From positions 11,870-75,869 of the IMG/VR virus record IMGVR_UViG_3300037296_000046: a stretch of 64,000 nt of DNA; one strand, given 5' to 3'. Below the pieces are notes generated by a model. The model did not search any database and was not told where the DNA came from. It was given only the letters and a program-made list of their open reading frames with translations. The DNA comes from a virus. Positions 35,492-46,550 of the stretch are shown here, one piece after another; the stretch's first letter is position 1, and each line of letters starts with the position of its first letter. The translations under genes and the position numbers were made by a program.

Positions 35492-38400
35492 TCAGCTTGA
35501 CAGGTTAATCCAAGGGTTAAGTGATGGGAACGACCACAACATGTCCCAGCCCACAGAGTAGCCCAGACGATCACTCAGCCACACAGCCATGAAGTTATCC
35601 GTCACTGGGGAGCCAAGGTCCAGACCAGCCATGCCAACGCCTGTTGTGAGCATCATGGTACGCAGTGGGTTCTCACGAGCCATAGCCAGAGCAGTCTTCA
35701 TTATCCGAAGTTTAAAGTTCCAGAACCAAGTGAGGCCAATGCTCTCAGAGTAGGAACGGGTACGGCCCGGATTGATGTTAAAGTTCACAAACTCATTGGA
35801 AACCTTATCCATTGCATCCTGTGGTGACAGCTTATCCGTATCTAGGATATGCTGATACATGATCGCTTTACCCAAGAAGTCACCATACTGAACAGCACGG
35901 CTCATACCCTGATACAATGACGTGTTTGGTTCAACCAAAGCGTTATCATAGATGGCTTTACCAGTGTCATTCAGTTCCACTTTGAACTTCTTGCTGACCT
36001 TTTCTACCTGATCCTTGATCCAATCCACATACCCACCATTGGTTAGGCTCTCATCAAGCTCAGTCATACCCTCAGAGATGGTCGAGAACTCACCAGCGGC
36101 AAGCAGTGGTGCAATGCTCAGACGACGCTCAGCGTCGAGCACAGCCTCTCTACGGGCATTGAGCTTACGCAGCTTGTTGGTGTCACCACCAGCAGCGTTA
36201 ATCTCTGTGTCGATCAGCTTTAGTTTCTTCTGGTTACGAATGTGGGCAGTGATTTCCACAATCACCTTACGCATACCTTTGAAGATGTCACGATATGGGA
36301 CACCACGGCTGGCAAGCTGTTGGATGTTCGATGCGATGTTGATCGAAGGAACCACCACAGACCGGATCACGATCCAATCCTTAGCTGTACTGACAGCAGT
36401 TTGCAGTGCTTTCTCACCAGTCACGATGTACCGGAAGCTATCCATACCGAAGAAGTCAGAGATTTCCTTAGAAAACTTCTCAGACCATTCCTTTGGCACA
36501 CGGGTTGCACCAGTCCACAGATCACCAACACTAGGATTACGATACCCTAGAGCGTTGTTGATAAGGTCTTCACGGACCATGAAGCCACCATTCTCACCAT
36601 ACACTTTGGCGATATAAGCCTTAGTAGCAGGTGGGATTGTACCCCAAGTGTCCTTCCAAACCTTGTCACTGGAAGCTGAGATGTCGATATACTCCCGTTC
36701 ACGATTGGTCTTCTTGTCTTCAATCCAACGCTCATGCAGGCGATCTACAAGAGCCTGATTGAATTGCTGAGCCATGGATTCCTCTGACTGACGACCAGCC
36801 CAAGCACCCATCATTTCGATGAGGTTCTCTTTACGGTTCAAAGTGGTAGCCACTTCTGGATCAACAGAACGCTCATAACCAATCACATCACCCTTGTCAT
36901 TGAAGATTGGCAAGAGGCTCTCATTAGGGTTGTTCTCAGCATTATTGCCAAGACCCTGACGCTTGCTGATCCATTTGGTCACAGCACCGACTGTATCACC
37001 ACCATATGAGCCAGACACGAGGATGCCACTGGTTGTACGACCCGTCATAGGATCGACACCAAAGTAGCTATCCTGAACCGTTTGCATCACGCCTTGAAGG
37101 TAGGAAGATTTCCCCGATACCGTGGAAAAATAGTACCCTTTACGAGTGCGATCAATGCTACGACCTTCCCCCACATAATCCTTTACCCGAATGAAGCCCT
37201 GACGGATCATCTTTTCGTGGTCCGAATCATCTGCAATTGTCAGCTTCACACCGTCCTGTGCCTCATGTGGAATGAAGCCATGGTAAGCATTGAGCTTAGC
37301 AGTCAGCATCTTGCCATTCTCTTTCTTGCTTTCAGCAAGGCTTTGAGCAGCAACAGTAAGCATCATGAAGCTAAGAGCATCATAATCTTCTTCTGCCAGA
37401 CGCTTCATGGTGTCTTTAGCAACTTGCTCTTGGCCTTCCATACCATAGAGAGTGACCAATTCACGGATGGCTTTCACCATGTCAGCTTTAGGAACACCGA
37501 TCTTATCAGTGGTATTCAGCAGACGGGCAATTGCATCAGCGTTGCGAAGCAGGTTGTCACCAGCAATGCCAGTCACGTTGAACTTAGCTAACTGCTTGGA
37601 TTTGCTGATATATTGAGCACCTTTAGGGTGCTTACCAATCTCAGTTTCCAGCTTCTTAATACGATCTAGCAGCTTGCTCTCATCAGTGAACATGTCAATG
37701 ATCTGAGAAACCTTCAAAGAACCTACGTTTGCAATGCCAGTCTTACCAATAGCTTGGAACAAGTGCTTGTGCTCTTGCTCAGTCAGCTTAGTCTTAAACT
37801 TGCTATTCAGGATCACTGGCAGGTCAATACGATAGTGTTGACGCTGAGCAGACACCTTAGCTTTCACGATATTAAGCATACGCAGGACTGCTTTATTCTC
37901 ATCAGTCATACCAATAACTTCGATGAGGATTTCCTTCATCGGAATTACATGGGTGTTCTTATTCTGGTTAGCAAAAGCAATGGCAGCATCAGCCAATGCA
38001 GCACCACGAGTTTGGCTCATGATACCAGACATTAAGTTCATGCTCTGGAAAGCAGCACGCTTCAGCTTGTTCGTTTCACCCTTCAGGCTCTTGTCAGCAA
38101 AGCTACCCAGACGCTCACCATTACGGTCCATGAACTTAGAGATGCGTGCATCTCCTGCTTCAGCAAGCCCCTGTACGGTGTTCTCAAGCAGAGTGTTGGT
38201 ATCAACCTCAATGGCACCCAGTGTCTCTGTCAGGTTGTCCAGAGCCTCTTGTACGTTGCTGTTCTTGGCTCCTTCATTCTTGATGCTGACACTCAGCAGA
38301 TCGACAAAGGAGTTACCCAAAGAGTCCACAGCTTTATCCATAGAGGAGAAATCTAGCTGGGCAGCTTTAGGTATAGCCTTACGAGCCAAGACCTCACGGA

Positions 38401-41400
38401 AGCCTTCATCCGTTTGGTTCAGAGCCAAGAACGAGGACAGCAGCGACGAGTTACCCTGTGCATCCTTGAAGATACCATTGCCACCAGTGAGGGTTTGAAA
38501 CTTCTTGTTAGCCTCAACCCACTCGCTAGGAGCGTTGTTCTGAGGGTCTTCCATCTCAGGGTTCTCTAGGAAGTCAGCAGGTGTCAGGTCTTCCATGACC
38601 AGATCGTAGAGCTTCTGAGCACGAACCAGAGCCAAGCTATCCATCTTCATCACTGTGGCCATAGCCGTGGTGACGCTCATGAAGGTTTGACGCTGCAAGG
38701 CATCCATAGGGAAGCCATTGCTGGCAAATGCAGCAGCAGTGTTTGAAGCCAGAATGGCACCCTTCACATCAGCAAATTCTGTGTTCTCATAGATGAATGG
38801 ATCAACGATGCTCTCACGGGTCAGGATACTGGCCACCTTCTCATCAAAGCGTTGTGCCACAGCCTTCAGGCGTGACTTGCTAGATGGGAAAGACTGGTTC
38901 AACCGAACCACAGCAGGGACATTGTAGGTATACCCATTGTCATCATTCAGCACCAATTGAGTGTTGAACAGGACGTTGGAGAAGATGTCACCCTTATTGG
39001 AGCCAAACAAACGAGCCATCAGGGTTTTAACCTTCTTGGTCAGTTGGGTCAGCACGTTCATATTACGCGATTCTTTAGCCAGCTTGATGAGGTTCTGGTT
39101 GGTCAGTGTCCAAGCCATGTACTCATTCAATGCACCAGCTTGAGCCAGAGCACCAAGTTTGCTTTCCTTAGATTTCCATTTCTGGATTTGAGCCTTAGCG
39201 TTATCAGCCACTTCCTGCATCTGAGGAGTGTCATATGTCATATCCGAATTCATGAAGTCATTCATGAAAGCCTCAAGACGCTTCACAGCATCCTGTGCAG
39301 CAGGCTTCAAGGTATTCTGGTTCATGTAGTAGGAATAGATTTTCTGGAACGTAGCAGCGTGAACAGCTTCGTGCATGGCAGTCTCAGCAGACTGGTTTGC
39401 TACATAGACGATGTTGTTGTCAAAGTCGATTTGTCCCTTAGAAATCCGGGACTTAGCAGCACCTTTGATCGGCATAAGATCACGATACTCAGTCAAATCC
39501 TTGGCAGAACCAAAGGCAAAGGTCATCCCCTTTGGCATGTTGCCCTTCATAGTGGACAGCAGGATTTTAAGATCATCGCTTAGGTTTGGATCATTCTCCA
39601 TCATAGTGATGTAGGTTTCACCATCCATAACAGTCATGCCCATGCCTTCAATCTCTTGGCCATACTTTTTGACCAATGCTTTGAAAGGCTTATTCTGCTT
39701 TTCTACTTTATCACCTTCATCTGTAATACGCTCATACGCCTCACGAGTACGCTTATTAAGCTCATCAACGATGTCACCCTCAATAAGATCACCTTCATGG
39801 GTATAGGCAGATTCAGCAGAAGCCATGTGGTCAGTAGAAGACAGAATTGAACTCATAGCCTCAATGCGTGCATCACGCTTATTGGACATAGTATTCAGGT
39901 TCTTATGAACCGATTTCATCATGATACCCAAGGTGGTACGAGCATCAAGAGTATCCTCATATGGACTAACCAGCTTGAAGATTTCATGCACTACATCATC
40001 ACTGAATTCGGCCAGTGGGTCCAACCGCATGAAGGCATTGAAGCTGTTCGACACAGGACGGATAGCATTGATCTGCCAGCCCTCAAACGAGGCTTGGTTC
40101 ATGTCCTGAGACACCTTGTCCATCTCATCGGCAGCAGCTTCCTGACCGTCAAAGACAGGCAGTGTACGGATGCTATAATCAATCATCTGGTAGTAGATGT
40201 TCATCATGTTCGCATCACCACGAGAGATGGTCAGAGAAGGCGAAATACGGACACCAGCAATGGATGGAGACTGGATGCTAGAGGCACCAGCCAGCTTGTC
40301 ATCCATTGTCGTAGCCAGTGTGTATTCGCTCTCACCCTTACGGGCTGAACCAACGTCGATGGGTTGGAAGTCATCACCAATCACTGCACCGTAGGGCATC
40401 AATTCACGATAGATGGCACCCAATTCTGCATCACTAAGGAAGTCAGCATTAGCATTGCCTTCTTCCTGACGGATTTCTTCCAGACGTTCAGCTACACGAG
40501 CATTGAACATTTTGATCATCACAGCAGACTGGATTTGAGTAGCCTTCTGAAGCATCTCAGTTGTCAGACTGGTTTCACCCATCAGCTTATCAATAGAGTT
40601 ACCCATTGGATCAACCAACAAAATGCGGATGTTGTTCTTAGCATTTTCAAACTGCTTACCAGAGAAGGTAAAACCTACTTTATCACTGAAAGCTAAGTCA
40701 CCTACTGGGGCATCATCTAACCAGTATTTGCCTTTCTTAGTGATACGGATTTTACCATCGAACAACAACCGGATGTCATCTTCAAACTTGGTTTCACCTT
40801 CAGCGTATTCATCCTCGAATACAGCATCTTCATCCAGCTTGATAAAGTAATCACTGATATTGGACTGATTACCCTGCATGTCATTAGTCATGGATTCGTA
40901 GATCATTTCCATCATGGCATTGGTGACGTTAGAAGCAATACCATCCTGACCAGAACCATATACGGTAATGGTAAGTGGGTTCTTCAGAACACCCCGGCCA
41001 ATCTCATATTCACCACTATCTTCGTTAAACTTCAGTTCACCGAATTTGCTCAGAAGACGCATCATAGCATCAAAGCGATCAATGACTTCTTCATTGCCTT
41101 GCTGACGTAGCTTAATGCTTAGGTCACTCAATTCACGCTTCAGGTCTTGTGCAGCTTCGTCATACAGGTCTTCTGATTCACCCTCTGCACGGTTTTGGTA
41201 ATGATCATTCAGCGTCTTATCACGGACGTTTGCAAACCAACCACCTTTAGCCAACAGACGCAATTGCTCTGCGGTAAAGGCACCAGTCACATAGTGCATC
41301 ATAGCGTTGATTGGACCGTCAGTTTTACCGTCAGCCTCCAAGGAAAGCATGTGCTCAAACTCAGTGATTTCAGTGAAGTCCTGAGAAGCCAGTGCATAGT

Positions 41401-44400
41401 TCAGCTTGGCTACAGCCAGCAGGGAGTGCATCAGTTTGGCAGAGCCACCCTGACCAATCTCAGCCTTCATTGCCTCAATCTCACTAGGCAGCATTTGCTC
41501 ATCTGCACGGCCAGTCTCACGGCTACGAGCATACCATTGAACCATGGCTTCTAGGGATTCCCCATATTTCTTATTCAACTTATCCTGTACTGTTTCAATG
41601 CTAACAGAACGGAATTGATATTCTGTTTTTACAATCCCAGAGGATTGAGCAACAGTCATCCAGAACAATTGCTGATCTTCAGGCTTGCTCATATCCAGTT
41701 TGGATACAGTAGCAATGAAAGCCTCACGAGCAATCTTATCGGACTGAGGACCAAAGCCTTCCATATGGTGACGGCCAACCTTGGTGATGTACCAGTTGTA
41801 ATAGCTAGGTGTCTGATTTGCATCAGCACCATTTTCCAAAGCCCATTCCTTAACTCGTGCATCATGATCCATGACACCATCAAAACCATTACGCAGGGAA
41901 GTATTCTTACCTACGATGGATTCCAAATGGTTCTTGTTAGTCAGGGTATCATCTTCAGATTTAGAGCCAAGAAGGAATTCAAATTCCTGCTTACCAATAG
42001 CCTGCATCATCCCCAAGAATGGGGAGTTACGCATAAAGGCAATGTTCTGCAAAGCCTTCAGGGTCTTTTGCTCATAGTCTGTGATGTCGATGTACTTGTT
42101 ATTCTTCTGGGTCTTAGGCAGAGCAGTATGCTTGGAGCCAATACGAACCTTAGTATCAGACTTCTCCTCGAAGCTCATATCCTCAAACATAGAGATTGCA
42201 GGACCAACCTCCTCTTTGATGTTAGCCACCAAAGGAGTTTTGCCAGAGATACTCAGCATCTCAATGGTGACATCCTTGCCACCAATCTCACGGACGATCT
42301 GGAATTTCTTACGAGTAAAGAAGCCAGATTTAGAATCCTTCTCTACATACCCACTGTCATTGTAGTTACCGTCTTTATCTTTGCTACGCTTGTTAGCAAG
42401 AATTTCCTGATCATTGGTCATCACCATGAACAGTTCAGCACCTAGGGCTTCTGCAAGACCCTGAGTGTTGGACAGCGATTGCTTGCTATCAACCTTAACA
42501 CCCCAGAAGCGCATGATTTCACGACCCATTTCCTCACGGATTTGCTCGCTAGGTTTACCGAAGTTGAAAGCATTGACCTCATTCTGTGTGATGTTACCTT
42601 CCTCTAAGCCCATGATTTCAGCGATGTCTTTCCGTGATTTGAACGGAGCATCGAATGTAGTCATGGCATAGTGCATGGCAGCAATCACAGCAGTCTCAAC
42701 CAACCGCTTGTCGTATTTCTGGGTCTTCATATCTACCAGAGACAGAGCCAGACCACGGCGCATATCTAGGACCGAAGCACCAGCTTTGGACTTCTGACCC
42801 TCAAGATCATTGAGGGCATCCAGCATAGATACACCCTTAGTAAACATGACTGTTTTCAGACGCTCGTTCACGTTCTTAACAATCTCAGGTGCAGAGATTT
42901 CCATCAGTTCTTGGAAAGCCATAGTACGCTTACGGTTGATCCGATATTCCGTAGGATTACGCATGAAGTCCTTGATAGCATCATCACCTTTATTGATGAC
43001 AGCCATCAGATCAGTCAGTGGAGACAGCAGATCAGCGATCTTAGATTTGTCTTTCACACGGGTCAGAGCAGAGACAAAGCGGTTCAGCTTACCCGGAACA
43101 GCAGCCAGATTTGGGTTCATTTCCGTAGCTGGATCGACTGGCTCAACAGCTTCCTCTACCTCTGCTTCCACAGGAGCATTAGCAGCCTTCTCAGCAGCTT
43201 CCATGGCATCAGCTTCACTCAGGTTCAGCAGAGCATCCTCAGCCTCAATCTGAGCGTCCTTGAGGCCAGTACCAGCCTTAACGGGTCGAGCAGGAGCCAC
43301 AGGTTCAGCAACAGTTTCCACAGCCTCTACAGGCTTCTTGGCAGCTTCTTCAAAGGCAGTAGCCTCAGACATCTCAGCAATACGCTTTTCTTCAGCGATC
43401 ACATCGGCTTCTGCTTTAGCTTTACGAGCAGCTTCCTCAGCAATGTCAGCCTCTAAGGCAGCAGTCTCTAGAGCCTGTTCAGCAAGACGAGCATCTTCAG
43501 CTTCGATCAAGACATCCTTCATAGATGCTTTGCCCGTAGGTGCAGCAGGAGCTTCAGGTGTCTTAGGCTTAGGTGGAACCACCACAGCTTCAGGTGCAGC
43601 CTCATCCGACTTGGTACGCTTGCCAAATACAGGAGCCAAGGCAACCTTCTCAATCTTGGTCCCACCCAATTCAGGGTAGGTTTCGACCACATCATTATAC
43701 AGGTCGATTGCCAAGTTTGTATCACTCTCAACCAGACGAGCAGTGCTCACATGGTTAGGATTGGTAGGCTGACTATATGCTTCACCATACAGTTCTTTAT
43801 CTTCATTCATTTCCAATGGCTTGAAGATGTTCACAGTCTGGTAGAATTGCTTGTTGTCCTTGCTACGATCACTGGACGAGATACCAGCAGATTCGTTGTA
43901 GGCGTTCAGCTTGTTGATCTGGTGCTGTACGAAATTGCCAAGGATTTGTAGTTGCTCAGGAGCAGTACGGTCTTCACCGTTTTGATCTACAGATGTACCC
44001 TTGTTCACAGCATTTGTGATGTTGATCAGGTGCTTGCTCAAGGATGGCAGGGTAATAGATGTACCATTGCTAAGACGTAGCTTGTAGTCTTTGGCGATGA
44101 TTTCTTGACGTACATCCTTGAAATTCTTACCATTTTTGAGTTTGGTTTCTTCCTCACGGCCTTGGTTCTGAGACTCGATACGTTCTTCTTCGATGTCTAC
44201 ACGATCCTGAGCAGCCTTGCTGGCGTTCTCTGAGAAGTTGGCAGCAGTCTTCAGCTTCTTCTTACGAGGCTCATTGTAGGTTGCGTCACCATCGTCTTCT
44301 TGATCCAGAACCACACGAGCAAACTCAGGGTTCACACCACCGGGATTTACATCTGCTACGGCATCAACACGAGCTACGGAGCTAGGAGTGACTTCAGGTG

Positions 44401-46462
44401 CAGGGGCAGCACTGTCATCAATCTGAGCCAAGCTCTTGATGGAGTTTACAATAGACGGGTTACTGGCAATGACAGTCAGAGCACTGTCCATCGTACCCAG
44501 CAGTTCACGGACCATCTCAGAGTTTTCATTCTCTGGTAGGTTCGCATTATTTACAGTCTGGGTGACAGAGGCAAAACGATCCAGTTCATTCCGAAGGTAG
44601 ACATACATGTCAACTTTCTGGTCTTCAGTGGTAGCTTTGTCTTCCAGCTTTTGAAGCACCTTGTTGAACACCTGCATACGGTGAACAGCTTCGACAGGAG
44701 CACCAGTCTCATCCGTGATGTCTAGGATCAAATCCTGCATCGTACCGGACTGTTGATCCAAGATGTCTAGGTTTACAAAGCTCTGGTCCTTGATCAGAGC
44801 AGCAGTATCCAAGTCTTCAGGTGTCTCAGAGGCTTCCAGTGCAGTGATCGTAGCAGCAGTAGCAGCTACCGTCCCGTCAATCGTTTCCAGAGTAGCCTTC
44901 TTACCCGATGGGTTAGAGGCATCCATATTGGCACGGTTCGTCTCTTTGACTGCTTCAATCTCTTTCTTAGCGAAGTCACGAGCACCATTCACACCTTTAG
45001 CAATGGTATTTCCGATACCATCACCAAGATCATTTACAGCTTTGACACCTTCAACAGCAGTGTTGATAGCACCTGTAGCCAGCAATTGTGGACCCTGAGT
45101 ACCAGCCACCATACCGATACCACCAGCGGCACCCTGTGCAGTGTTCTCACCCACACCTTCCATGATGTCCTGAGTAGTATCAGCACCCGTAGAGATGGCG
45201 TAGTTCGTAGCCATTTGGCCCGTACCACCTTGGTATGCTTCTTCAGCAGTCTCACGGAACAGGTTGCCAATGATTTCAGCACGGCCAGCTTTAGCCAGTG
45301 GGTTAGCTTCAAAGTTTTTGACAGCGAAACCAGCCAACATAGCAACAGGCAATTGGATCGCAGCAGCCTTGATACCAGTCATGTTTGCAACACGGCTCTT
45401 GGCAGCATCAGGCTCCATGCCTTGTTCAATCAGTTCGTTATAATCTGGGGAGTTAGCTACCAGTTCCTCAGTTGTCATATCCATGACAGCAGTGACGGTC
45501 TGAGAGTGGACACCAGCAGCTTCAGTACCAGCAATGGAGGCAGGCACAGCAACACGAGCCAAGGTGTTAGCCATGGTTTCTTTGGCACTCATACCACCAA
45601 GCTGATTGATCAGAGCACGCTCAGTCTTCGTTACGAGGAATGGAGCAGCAGCTTTAGCTACCGTACCAGCAATCTTTGCCGATGGACCCAGAGAGCCAAG
45701 ACCTTGAGCAGCTACAGATGCAAATTCTGTAGGGTTTTCAAGCAGCAGGCCACCAGAGTCCATGATGTCCAAACCAAAGCGGTGCAGTCCAGCAGTAAAC
45801 TCACCAACTGTAGGATTAGATTTAGCCCATTCTTTCGTCTCACGAGCATTGTCAGCAGCATCACCTTGACGCTGGATACCCAAAATTTCTTGACGATCCT
45901 GATCTTCTTGGCTCTTACTCTTATTGGCCAACTCGCTGAAATCATTGACACCTTCAATGACAGCGTTACCCCATTTGCTGAGGTAGTTGTCTTCAGAACC
46001 CATAGCTTCCAGAGCCATGCCCTCAAGGCTCAGACCAGCACCTAGGATTGAACCAGCAATGCCAACCGTACCATTGACTACATCTACGGAGAGGTCAGCA
46101 GCAGTGTCATACAAGCCACGATCTACTTCGAGCTTCTTAGCTACATTCTGACGAGCTTCATTTCCTTTGAAAGCACCATAGGCCACTTCTTCCCCATACT
46201 TCTGAACCAATCCACCAAAGGATTCGTTCTCGAAGTCAGCCATAACCTGAGCACCAATAGCTTCGTTGTTGTTATCACGAAGGGCATATTGCTGTTCAGC
46301 AAACGCAGGATCACCCAACATACGTTGAGCAATCTCTTGGTTTGTAGGCATGTTAGGGACAGGGTTCAGTGGTGTCTCAGTGACAGCAGCTACGGCACCG
46401 AAGGTATTCAGTCCTTGGGAGAGGCTAGTTGTAGAAACTTTATTGCCTGCATCAGCGACCAT
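35492..46462 (-). CDS. virion-encapsidated RNA polymerase (N4 gp50-like), ~3656 aa
   Basis: giant ORF, no Cys seen by eye; TKVGR, EADGKTDG, R..LKNPLTITVYG, VFDG motifs; AAGGA RBS before ATG 46462. Confidence 0.97.
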   Translation of the reverse strand: MVADAGNKVSTTSLSQGLNTFGAVAAVTETPLNPVPNMPTNQEIAQRMLGDPAFAEQQYALRDNNNEAIGAQVMADFENESFGGLVQKYGEEVAYGAFKGNEARQNVAKKLEVDRGLYDTAADLSVDVVNGTVGIAGSILGAGLSLEGMALEAMGSEDNYLSKWGNAVIEGVNDFSELANKSKSQEDQDRQEILGIQRQGDAADNARETKEWAKSNPTVGEFTAGLHRFGLDIMDSGGLLLENPTEFASVAAQGLGSLGPSAKIAGTVAKAAAPFLVTKTERALINQLGGMSAKETMANTLARVAVPASIAGTEAAGVHSQTVTAVMDMTTEELVANSPDYNELIEQGMEPDAAKSRVANMTGIKAAAIQLPVAMLAGFAVKNFEANPLAKAGRAEIIGNLFRETAEEAYQGGTGQMATNYAISTGADTTQDIMEGVGENTAQGAAGGIGMVAGTQGPQLLATGAINTAVEGVKAVNDLGDGIGNTIAKGVNGARDFAKKEIEAVKETNRANMDASNPSGKKATLETIDGTVAATAATITALEASETPEDLDTAALIKDQSFVNLDILDQQSGTMQDLILDITDETGAPVEAVHRMQVFNKVLQKLEDKATTEDQKVDMYVYLRNELDRFASVTQTVNNANLPENENSEMVRELLGTMDSALTVIASNPSIVNSIKSLAQIDDSAAPAPEVTPSSVARVDAVADVNPGGVNPEFARVVLDQEDDGDATYNEPRKKKLKTAANFSENASKAAQDRVDIEEERIESQNQGREEETKLKNGKNFKDVRQEIIAKDYKLRLSNGTSITLPSLSKHLINITNAVNKGTSVDQNGEDRTAPEQLQILGNFVQHQINKLNAYNESAGISSSDRSKDNKQFYQTVNIFKPLEMNEDKELYGEAYSQPTNPNHVSTARLVESDTNLAIDLYNDVVETYPELGGTKIEKVALAPVFGKRTKSDEAAPEAVVVPPKPKTPEAPAAPTGKASMKDVLIEAEDARLAEQALETAALEADIAEEAARKAKAEADVIAEEKRIAEMSEATAFEEAAKKPVEAVETVAEPVAPARPVKAGTGLKDAQIEAEDALLNLSEADAMEAAEKAANAPVEAEVEEAVEPVDPATEMNPNLAAVPGKLNRFVSALTRVKDKSKIADLLSPLTDLMAVINKGDDAIKDFMRNPTEYRINRKRTMAFQELMEISAPEIVKNVNERLKTVMFTKGVSMLDALNDLEGQKSKAGASVLDMRRGLALSLVDMKTQKYDKRLVETAVIAAMHYAMTTFDAPFKSRKDIAEIMGLEEGNITQNEVNAFNFGKPSEQIREEMGREIMRFWGVKVDSKQSLSNTQGLAEALGAELFMVMTNDQEILANKRSKDKDGNYNDSGYVEKDSKSGFFTRKKFQIVREIGGKDVTIEMLSISGKTPLVANIKEEVGPAISMFEDMSFEEKSDTKVRIGSKHTALPKTQKNNKYIDITDYEQKTLKALQNIAFMRNSPFLGMMQAIGKQEFEFLLGSKSEDDTLTNKNHLESIVGKNTSLRNGFDGVMDHDARVKEWALENGADANQTPSYYNWYITKVGRHHMEGFGPQSDKIAREAFIATVSKLDMSKPEDQQLFWMTVAQSSGIVKTEYQFRSVSIETVQDKLNKKYGESLEAMVQWYARSRETGRADEQMLPSEIEAMKAEIGQGGSAKLMHSLLAVAKLNYALASQDFTEITEFEHMLSLEADGKTDGPINAMMHYVTGAFTAEQLRLLAKGGWFANVRDKTLNDHYQNRAEGESEDLYDEAAQDLKRELSDLSIKLRQQGNEEVIDRFDAMMRLLSKFGELKFNEDSGEYEIGRGVLKNPLTITVYGSGQDGIASNVTNAMMEMIYESMTNDMQGNQSNISDYFIKLDEDAVFEDEYAEGETKFEDDIRLLFDGKIRITKKGKYWLDDAPVGDLAFSDKVGFTFSGKQFENAKNNIRILLVDPMGNSIDKLMGETSLTTEMLQKATQIQSAVMIKMFNARVAERLEEIRQEEGNANADFLSDAELGAIYRELMPYGAVIGDDFQPIDVGSARKGESEYTLATTMDDKLAGASSIQSPSIAGVRISPSLTISRGDANMMNIYYQMIDYSIRTLPVFDGQEAAADEMDKVSQDMNQASFEGWQINAIRPVSNSFNAFMRLDPLAEFSDDVVHEIFKLVSPYEDTLDARTTLGIMMKSVHKNLNTMSNKRDARIEAMSSILSSTDHMASAESAYTHEGDLIEGDIVDELNKRTREAYERITDEGDKVEKQNKPFKALVKKYGQEIEGMGMTVMDGETYITMMENDPNLSDDLKILLSTMKGNMPKGMTFAFGSAKDLTEYRDLMPIKGAAKSRISKGQIDFDNNIVYVANQSAETAMHEAVHAATFQKIYSYYMNQNTLKPAAQDAVKRLEAFMNDFMNSDMTYDTPQMQEVADNAKAQIQKWKSKESKLGALAQAGALNEYMAWTLTNQNLIKLAKESRNMNVLTQLTKKVKTLMARLFGSNKGDIFSNVLFNTQLVLNDDNGYTYNVPAVVRLNQSFPSSKSRLKAVAQRFDEKVASILTRESIVDPFIYENTEFADVKGAILASNTAAAFASNGFPMDALQRQTFMSVTTAMATVMKMDSLALVRAQKLYDLVMEDLTPADFLENPEMEDPQNNAPSEWVEANKKFQTLTGGNGIFKDAQGNSSLLSSFLALNQTDEGFREVLARKAIPKAAQLDFSSMDKAVDSLGNSFVDLLSVSIKNEGAKNSNVQEALDNLTETLGAIEVDTNTLLENTVQGLAEAGDARISKFMDRNGERLGSFADKSLKGETNKLKRAAFQSMNLMSGIMSQTRGAALADAAIAFANQNKNTHVIPMKEILIEVIGMTDENKAVLRMLNIVKAKVSAQRQHYRIDLPVILNSKFKTKLTEQEHKHLFQAIGKTGIANVGSLKVSQIIDMFTDESKLLDRIKKLETEIGKHPKGAQYISKSKQLAKFNVTGIAGDNLLRNADAIARLLNTTDKIGVPKADMVKAIRELVTLYGMEGQEQVAKDTMKRLAEEDYDALSFMMLTVAAQSLAESKKENGKMLTAKLNAYHGFIPHEAQDGVKLTIADDSDHEKMIRQGFIRVKDYVGEGRSIDRTRKGYYFSTVSGKSSYLQGVMQTVQDSYFGVDPMTGRTTSGILVSGSYGGDTVGAVTKWISKRQGLGNNAENNPNESLLPIFNDKGDVIGYERSVDPEVATTLNRKENLIEMMGAWAGRQSEESMAQQFNQALVDRLHERWIEDKKTNREREYIDISASSDKVWKDTWGTIPPATKAYIAKVYGENGGFMVREDLINNALGYRNPSVGDLWTGATRVPKEWSEKFSKEISDFFGMDSFRYIVTGEKALQTAVSTAKDWIVIRSVVVPSINIASNIQQLASRGVPYRDIFKGMRKVIVEITAHIRNQKKLKLIDTEINAAGGDTNKLRKLNARREAVLDAERRLSIAPLLAAGEFSTISEGMTELDESLTNGGYVDWIKDQVEKVSKKFKVELNDTGKAIYDNALVEPNTSLYQGMSRAVQYGDFLGKAIMYQHILDTDKLSPQDAMDKVSNEFVNFNINPGRTRSYSESIGLTWFWNFKLRIMKTALAMARENPLRTMMLTTGVGMAGLDLGSPVTDNFMAVWLSDRLGYSVGWDMLWSFPSLNPWINLSS

Positions 46463-46481
46463 GGTGAATTCCTTGAATGGC

Positions 46482-46510
46482 AAAAAGGGGAGAAACTTGT
46501 TCCCCCCCTT
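46482..46510 (-). terminator. possible terminator upstream of vRNAP
   Basis: G/C stem with U-tract on the minus strand. Confidence 0.5.
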
Positions 46511-46550
46511 CTAACAGTAGTGTTCAATCTAAGGCCAGAGGATTGTGACC

